Source of the DNA: a virus
Lineage: Duplodnaviria; Caudoviricetes
DNA length: 55,987 bases
Direction: 5' to 3' (one strand)
IMG/VR virus record: IMGVR_UViG_3300025838_000004
Coordinates: 1-55,987 of that record
Position numbers and translations under genes: made by a program. Shown here piece after piece: positions 53,951-55,987 of the stretch (position 1 is its first letter; the number at the start of each line of letters is the position of its first letter). Below the pieces are notes generated by a model, which was not told the origin of the DNA, made no database searches, and saw only the letters and a program-made list of their open reading frames with translations.

Positions 53951-54008
53951 TTTCACTATGTGATAAAGCACAAAAAGCTTTATCACATAGTACTTTCTAT
54001 GATATAAT
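53951..54008 (+). promoter_or_regulatory. Promoter with 15-bp inverted repeat made of two palindrome variants, TGATATAAT
   Basis: ACTATGTGATAAAGC 53955-53969 / GCTTTATCACATAGT 53977-53991; -10 at 54003-54008. Confidence 0.75.
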
Positions 54009-54050
54009 GTTCATAGTAATACTTCTTAATACTCAACACAAGGAACTAAA

Positions 54051-54335
54051 ATGTCAAACTGGGATGCAGCATTAGATGCAGCAATGGAAAATCACTATAT
54101 TCAACAAGATCTTCTTGAAGAACGAATTCAAGAAACACTTACAACTGAAGAACATGATCCATGCAAATGGTTTAATGTTTGGGAAGCAATTGCTAATTCA
54201 TCATTCACTAAAGAGCAAGAAATAGAGTTTGAAGCATTGTTAAGAGCAAAAGATGTAAAAGCTCTTGAGATGATCATTGATTTATCAACACAATATCAAC
54301 GATACTTTATTGAGAAGGATATAGACAATGAATAA
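54051..54335 (+). CDS. Acidic hypothetical protein
   Basis: AAGGA RBS. Confidence 0.75.
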   Translation: MSNWDAALDAAMENHYIQQDLLEERIQETLTTEEHDPCKWFNVWEAIANSSFTKEQEIEFEALLRAKDVKALEMIIDLSTQYQRYFIEKDIDNE

Positions 54336-54420
54336 AACAACATGGGCCGATTGGTTTGTAGCAACCGTTTTCGGAATTTTTTATGCAGTACTTTTAGCGA
54401 GTTTTTGTAAACTATTATGA
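54328..54420 (+). CDS. 30-aa single-TM peptide
   Basis: Manual ORF MNKTTWADWFVATVFGIFYAVLLASFCKLL; AAGGA RBS; ATGA overlap. Confidence 0.55.
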   Translation: MNKTTWADWFVATVFGIFYAVLLASFCKLL

Positions 54421-54701
54421 CACCTATTCAATGGCACAGAAAAAGAACTAAAGCAAATATGCCGCATGTGGCAGAATCAATGCTTGATTTAATGAACGAA
54501 CACGGACCTGTTCGAATTACCGAGTTTATCGAAACAGTAGAAAAAGATGCACTAGGTTCAAGAGCGCATTTGTACTTTAATTTAAACTGGCTTCGTGAAC
54601 ATGGCTATGTAAAAGCCACGAGCCCTGTAAATAATCTTCGTGTAAAAGAAGTAAGTATTACAGCTAAAGGTTTACGTTACTTAGAGAATGATCATGGATA
54701 G
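54417..54701 (+). CDS. Winged-helix (MarR-like) DNA-binding protein
   Basis: S...L...L..L...GYV......R.K.V.IT.KG..YL. Confidence 0.7.
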   Translation: MTPIQWHRKRTKANMPHVAESMLDLMNEHGPVRITEFIETVEKDALGSRAHLYFNLNWLREHGYVKATSPVNNLRVKEVSITAKGLRYLENDHG

Positions 54702-55125
54702 TATCTCTTCTAAAGAGTATGACCATTGGAAACATGAGAGCACTAAAAAACAAGTTCGTCATCTTACTTGGTATCATGTGAATGAGCTTGTTGATACACT
54801 CGAAGCCAACATTAGAAAAGCAAAGTATCATTATGAGTTAATTGTAGGTGTCACAAGAGGTGGTTTGGTTCCTGCAGTGATGCTAAGTCATCGTCTTAAA
54901 CTTCCGATGATGGCAATCACACCACGAACATTGATACCTATCACAAAAAGATGCCTCGTGATTGATGAGATCTACGATACTGGTGATACGATTAAACAAA
55001 TTAAAGAAGTAAACCCAGGCATTCACGTCGGTGTTTTGTTTCATAATGAAGCATTACCTGACTTAGAATACTTTGCAACCAAGGATCCTTTGAATCAATG
55101 GATCGTCTTTCCGTGGGAGAATTAA
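54688..55125 (+). CDS. Type I phosphoribosyltransferase (Gpt-like)
   Basis: IVGVTRGGLVPA..LSH.L, LVIDEIYDTG.T PRPP loop, WIVFPWE. Confidence 0.88.
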   Translation: MIMDSISSKEYDHWKHESTKKQVRHLTWYHVNELVDTLEANIRKAKYHYELIVGVTRGGLVPAVMLSHRLKLPMMAITPRTLIPITKRCLVIDEIYDTGDTIKQIKEVNPGIHVGVLFHNEALPDLEYFATKDPLNQWIVFPWEN

Positions 55126-55126
55126 C

Positions 55127-55267
55127 ATGAAAAAGCAGTCTAATCCAATACCTGATTGGAGAAATCCTCAGTTTGTATACCATCAGTCAGTAGCTACTGA
55201 CATATTAAAAACGCTAAAGCGGTTTGGGTTTGTTCCGCCTTCAGAAAAGAAAGAACAAAAGCAATGA
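55127..55267 (+). CDS. Small hypothetical protein (46 aa)
   Basis: Manual ORF ...F.Y..S..TDI..T..RFGF.PPSE; ATGA overlap. Confidence 0.6.
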   Translation: MKKQSNPIPDWRNPQFVYHQSVATDILKTLKRFGFVPPSEKKEQKQ

Positions 55268-55653
55268 ACTCAGATATTTTTCATAAAGTGAAAGAGTTTC
55301 GAACGAAACTGAATTTACCGACTAATACTAAGCCTCAACTCCTTAAGCCCGAGGATATTAGTTTTTATGCTCGTTTTATTATGGAAGAGCTAAGTGAGTT
55401 GATGAAAGCCCATGAGAAAGGGAACCTTGTAGATGCTGCTGATGCACTTGCTGATTTGTCTTATGTCACTATGGGTTGTGCTCATCATATGGGTGTTTAT
55501 CTACCTCGTGTACTTGATATTGTCCATGAAGCCAATATGCGTAAAGAGCCAGGAACCACGCAAAGAGGTTACCAACAAGATGCAATGAAACCTCAAGGGT
55601 GGATAGGACCTGAGGAGATGATTGCATTAGAGTTATTCGAGCAATGTAGATAA
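55264..55653 (+). CDS. MazG-like NTP pyrophosphatase (DR2231/PRA-PH type; probable dUTPase)
   Basis: EE..E, DALADL.YV..G, VH.ANM.K, KP.GW..P. Confidence 0.82.
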   Translation: MNSDIFHKVKEFRTKLNLPTNTKPQLLKPEDISFYARFIMEELSELMKAHEKGNLVDAADALADLSYVTMGCAHHMGVYLPRVLDIVHEANMRKEPGTTQRGYQQDAMKPQGWIGPEEMIALELFEQCR

Positions 55654-55811
55654 TGAAAACATTTGCATTAATAACATCATTATTTATTTGTGGTTGCGTC
55701 ATTTTTTTAACGGAACTCGCACGCAAAGAAATAGCATATGACTGCCGTATGTTGATGGGCGGATGGCATCCTGACATACCACAACAAGTAATAAAACAAT
55801 GTAGGGGGTAA
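55653..55811 (+). CDS. Small membrane/secreted protein (52 aa, YDC...HPD.P....CR)
   Basis: Manual ORF with N-terminal hydrophobic segment; TAATG coupling. Confidence 0.6.
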   Translation: MKTFALITSLFICGCVIFLTELARKEIAYDCRMLMGGWHPDIPQQVIKQCRG

Positions 55812-55812
55812 T

Positions 55813-55987
55813 ATGACAGATGAACAAATGAAAGAGTTGGCTGAATTGCGTGTAGCCATACAAGATTTAAAGTATCAATTGATACAAAAGCATGATTTGC
55901 GTGAATTAAGTGATGCAACAATACGAGAACTGTCAGTTGCTTTTATGTTGGTATTACGCAGAACTCCTGAAGATGAACTTTTTGAAA
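55813..55987 (+). CDS. Cassette-array hypothetical protein spanning the circular junction (continues to TGA at 132-134; 74 aa)
   Basis: Manual translation MTDEQMKELAEL...HDLRELSDATIRE...LLLKKVRGQ*; shares the LRELSD module and KK-type C-terminus with neighbouring genes. Confidence 0.8.
   Translation, partial: MTDEQMKELAELRVAIQDLKYQLIQKHDLRELSDATIRELSVAFMLVLRRTPEDELFE
55904..55987. repeat. 84-bp terminal direct repeat (copy 2)
   Basis: Identical to 1-84. Confidence 0.97.

Noticed and set aside
11788-55088. Presence of restriction palindromes (e.g. GAATTC 11788, GGATCC 55083, many GATC) as evidence of modified DNA
   Set aside because: Observed/expected counts could not be computed, and lack of avoidance is weak evidence on its own.
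1-55987. tRNA genes, integrase or lysogeny module
   Set aside because: No cloverleaf or T-loop signature in the intergenic gaps and no recombinase motifs seen by eye; tRNAscan was not run.

Overview
The window is a complete, circularly assembled (84-bp end overlap, 1-84 = 55904-55987) genome of a tailed dsDNA phage of about 55.9 kb. The tail genes look podovirus-like (adaptor/nozzle, fibres, ejected internal proteins, no tape measure), and no integrase is recognisable, so it is probably lytic. The host is unknown; a freshwater Gram-negative bacterium is a guess. There are two divergent arms. The + arm (48619 through the junction to 12109) carries early, replication and nucleotide-metabolism genes: primase-helicase, DUF932, PRTase, MazG/DR2231-like NTP-PPase, DenV-like glycosylase, dCMP deaminase, PolA, PD-(D/E)XK nuclease, VRR-NUC, SNF2 helicase, NDT-fold N-glycosidase, HD hydrolase, DUF6378 and a strongly divergent ThyX. 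The - arm (48086 to 12098) carries GIY-YIG, TerS, TerL, an LPD23/PcfJ-like polyvalent protein, portal, GroES, scaffold, major capsid, HNH, tail fibres, lysis genes and internal virion proteins. The most notable items are: (1) a candidate undescribed DNA-pyrimidine modification/substitution pathway built around a ThyX homologue missing several canonical active-site residues; (2) a cassette-like array of short genes joined by a conserved 21-bp junction and built from shuffled micro-modules; (3) a 15-bp palindrome TTTCACnnnnTGAAA placed at activator-like positions in early promoters and amplified into a ~10-copy array between terS and terL; (4) a shared (M/Y)(K/A)xGG peptide tag in head-associated proteins, including a His/Lys-rich polyprotein-like ORF; (5) an iteron-like GTAAC cluster with a perfect 15-bp hairpin (candidate origin). 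All protein calls are by-eye motif recognition; no database searches were run.
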